Origin: Paraspadella gotoi
Lineage: Eukaryota; Animalia; Chaetognatha
Assembly (NCBI GenBank): GCA_051294375.1
Contig: CM119267.1
Span: 24,749,783 to 24,813,782, forward strand
Length of the DNA: 64,000 bases
Reading direction: 5' to 3'
The translations under genes were made by a program, and so were the position numbers. The notes below the pieces were generated by a model. That model saw nothing but the letters and a program-made list of their open reading frames with translations, made no database searches and was not told where the DNA came from. Of this stretch, positions 62,621 to 64,000 are shown one piece after another (within the stretch, counting starts at the first letter, position 1; each line of letters begins with the position of its first letter).

Positions 62621-64000
62621 ATTCTATCGCCGCAATTGAGCAAGTGCAATTCATGACTATGATCACCCGGTTAACTACCAGCAGAAGTCCCATTTGATCC
62701 CAAAACCGCGAATTCAATTAAAGAGTCGATTTTAGTGTTTGTAATTGGATTCAAAATGGCTCAAAAAACCGATCGGAAAAGCAAAAGGAAAGATTGTATA
62801 AAATCAAACCACATTAAATTAGTTAATTATACCATTTATAGACTAACTAATGCTTCATCGTTTCTCACCATAATAACTCTTTAAATATTCGTTCCAACCA
62901 AGTTTCCCGTCACCGTCTTGATCGTGTGACTCGAATCTCCGCCGTGATTCTTCTTTGTTGAGCGAAGCGAAGGAACTCACGATCCAATCCTGTTCACCAA
63001 ATAATCGTGATCGTCAAGTAACGAGAACCAGTCTCCGACTCAACCATAAAATAAGTAATAAATAAATAAATAAATACTATAAATAAGCCATGTCTCTTGT
63101 TAATTTCTTAAATGACGCAGGCTCCTCTTCCTCCACTAAGCCCCTTTTTATCTTTTTTTTTATTTACGGACGGACAGACAGACAGACAGACAGACGGACA
63201 GACCGAAAAGTGAGATATAGAGTCACGATAATAGCTGTTATTGACTCCAGGCTCTCCGGTCAAAAACTCAAAAGAAAGCCAGGATTCGTTTCGAATCCCA
63301 GCCCAACAACAACAACGAAGTTTTTCGTCTTTTTCCCTCTCTTCTCCAAAGGACTAGAACCTTTAATTCGTCGACGGCGACGCTCCCATCACCGTCCGCG
63401 TCCATTTTGGAAGCCATGATAACGAGTCTCTTCTTCGCCTCGTCCGGCGACATCTGATGAAACTCCTCGTCCGCCTAATCGAGAAAAATAATAAACCACG
63501 AGTTATAGTTATACTGAGTGACGAGTAGTGACTAAGTCAACAACCTCTGTGGACCCTAAAATGGCGGCGTGATCGAACTCGACGTCTCTGTGTCCGGCGT
63601 CGTCGTGGTCGGCGTGGTCGACGAATCCCGGGATTTGCCAGACTTGAGGATCGTCGCCGATGTCGTCGTAGATGGACTCGAAAGGCAAATCGGATTCGTC
63701 CTCGATGAGTCGCGATTCGGGCGGCGACGCCGAGTTGCCGGGCGGCGACGCCGAGTCAAAGTCGTGAATCGCGGCGTCAGTAGAAACGATATTCGAGGAG
63801 GCGTCGGTTCCTTCGGCGTCGTTTAAAACTCCGTCCATTGAGAATTTTTTAATCTCTTCTTTCTCTTCTTGTTTTTTCTCAGCCAATAGACCAGCGTCGG
63901 CAGCAGCGTCGGCGGCAGCGTCGGCGGCACCACCGACGTCAGCAGAGGCGTCAGCATCGTCATCAGCGTTGTCGCCGAAAAACCAAGATTCCGCGAAGGA
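61749..64000 (-). CDS. RCN2: Reticulocalbin-2-like CREC-family EF-hand protein, 5'-truncated; exons >64000-63545, 63474-63361, 62989-62869, 62528-62265, 62132-62055, 61939-61749
   Basis: FDHAAILGS...SPDEAKKRL, six EF-hand-like loops (DADGDG, DQDGDG, DVDGDE, DADGDG, DVDGSG, DRDGDR), FAHPE, and C-terminal ATNFGREFHDEL*. Confidence 0.88.

Overview
Eukaryotic, almost certainly invertebrate metazoan, genomic DNA. It is AT-rich and saturated with (CT/GA)n, (GAC)n and (TTA)n microsatellites, and the exons are GC-rich. The species cannot be identified from the window. Right part (38-64 kb): six spliced genes assembled by hand from splice sites and protein motifs. One is a plus-strand thioredoxin-fold gene whose WCGPC site is replaced by WHRPS. 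Five are tandem minus-strand genes: E2F4/5-like (with a GC-AG intron and an upstream CDE-CHR motif), a divergent Rab5-family GTPase, MYPT1/PPP1R12, COPS3, and an RCN2-like EF-hand protein ending HDEL that runs off the window. Left part (1-38 kb): no recognisable gene. It holds tRNA-derived SINEs, DINE-1/Helentron-type elements, minisatellites, two long hairpins and a few candidate orphan exons. A multi-kb inverted duplication (8740-25701) and a 1.8 kb tandem duplication next to 25-N gaps look like long-read gap-filling artefacts. Best leads: (1) a ~255-bp, wall-to-wall hairpin LTR family with 4-bp TSDs, including one miniature two-LTR element; (2) a tandem duplication of the Rab5 exon-2 end that creates stacked alternative donors; (3) the cysteine-less thioredoxin; (4) a 15-nt MYPT1 microexon candidate that would toggle an RRSS kinase site. 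No clearly new multi-gene system is demonstrable. All calls are by eye and no searches were run.
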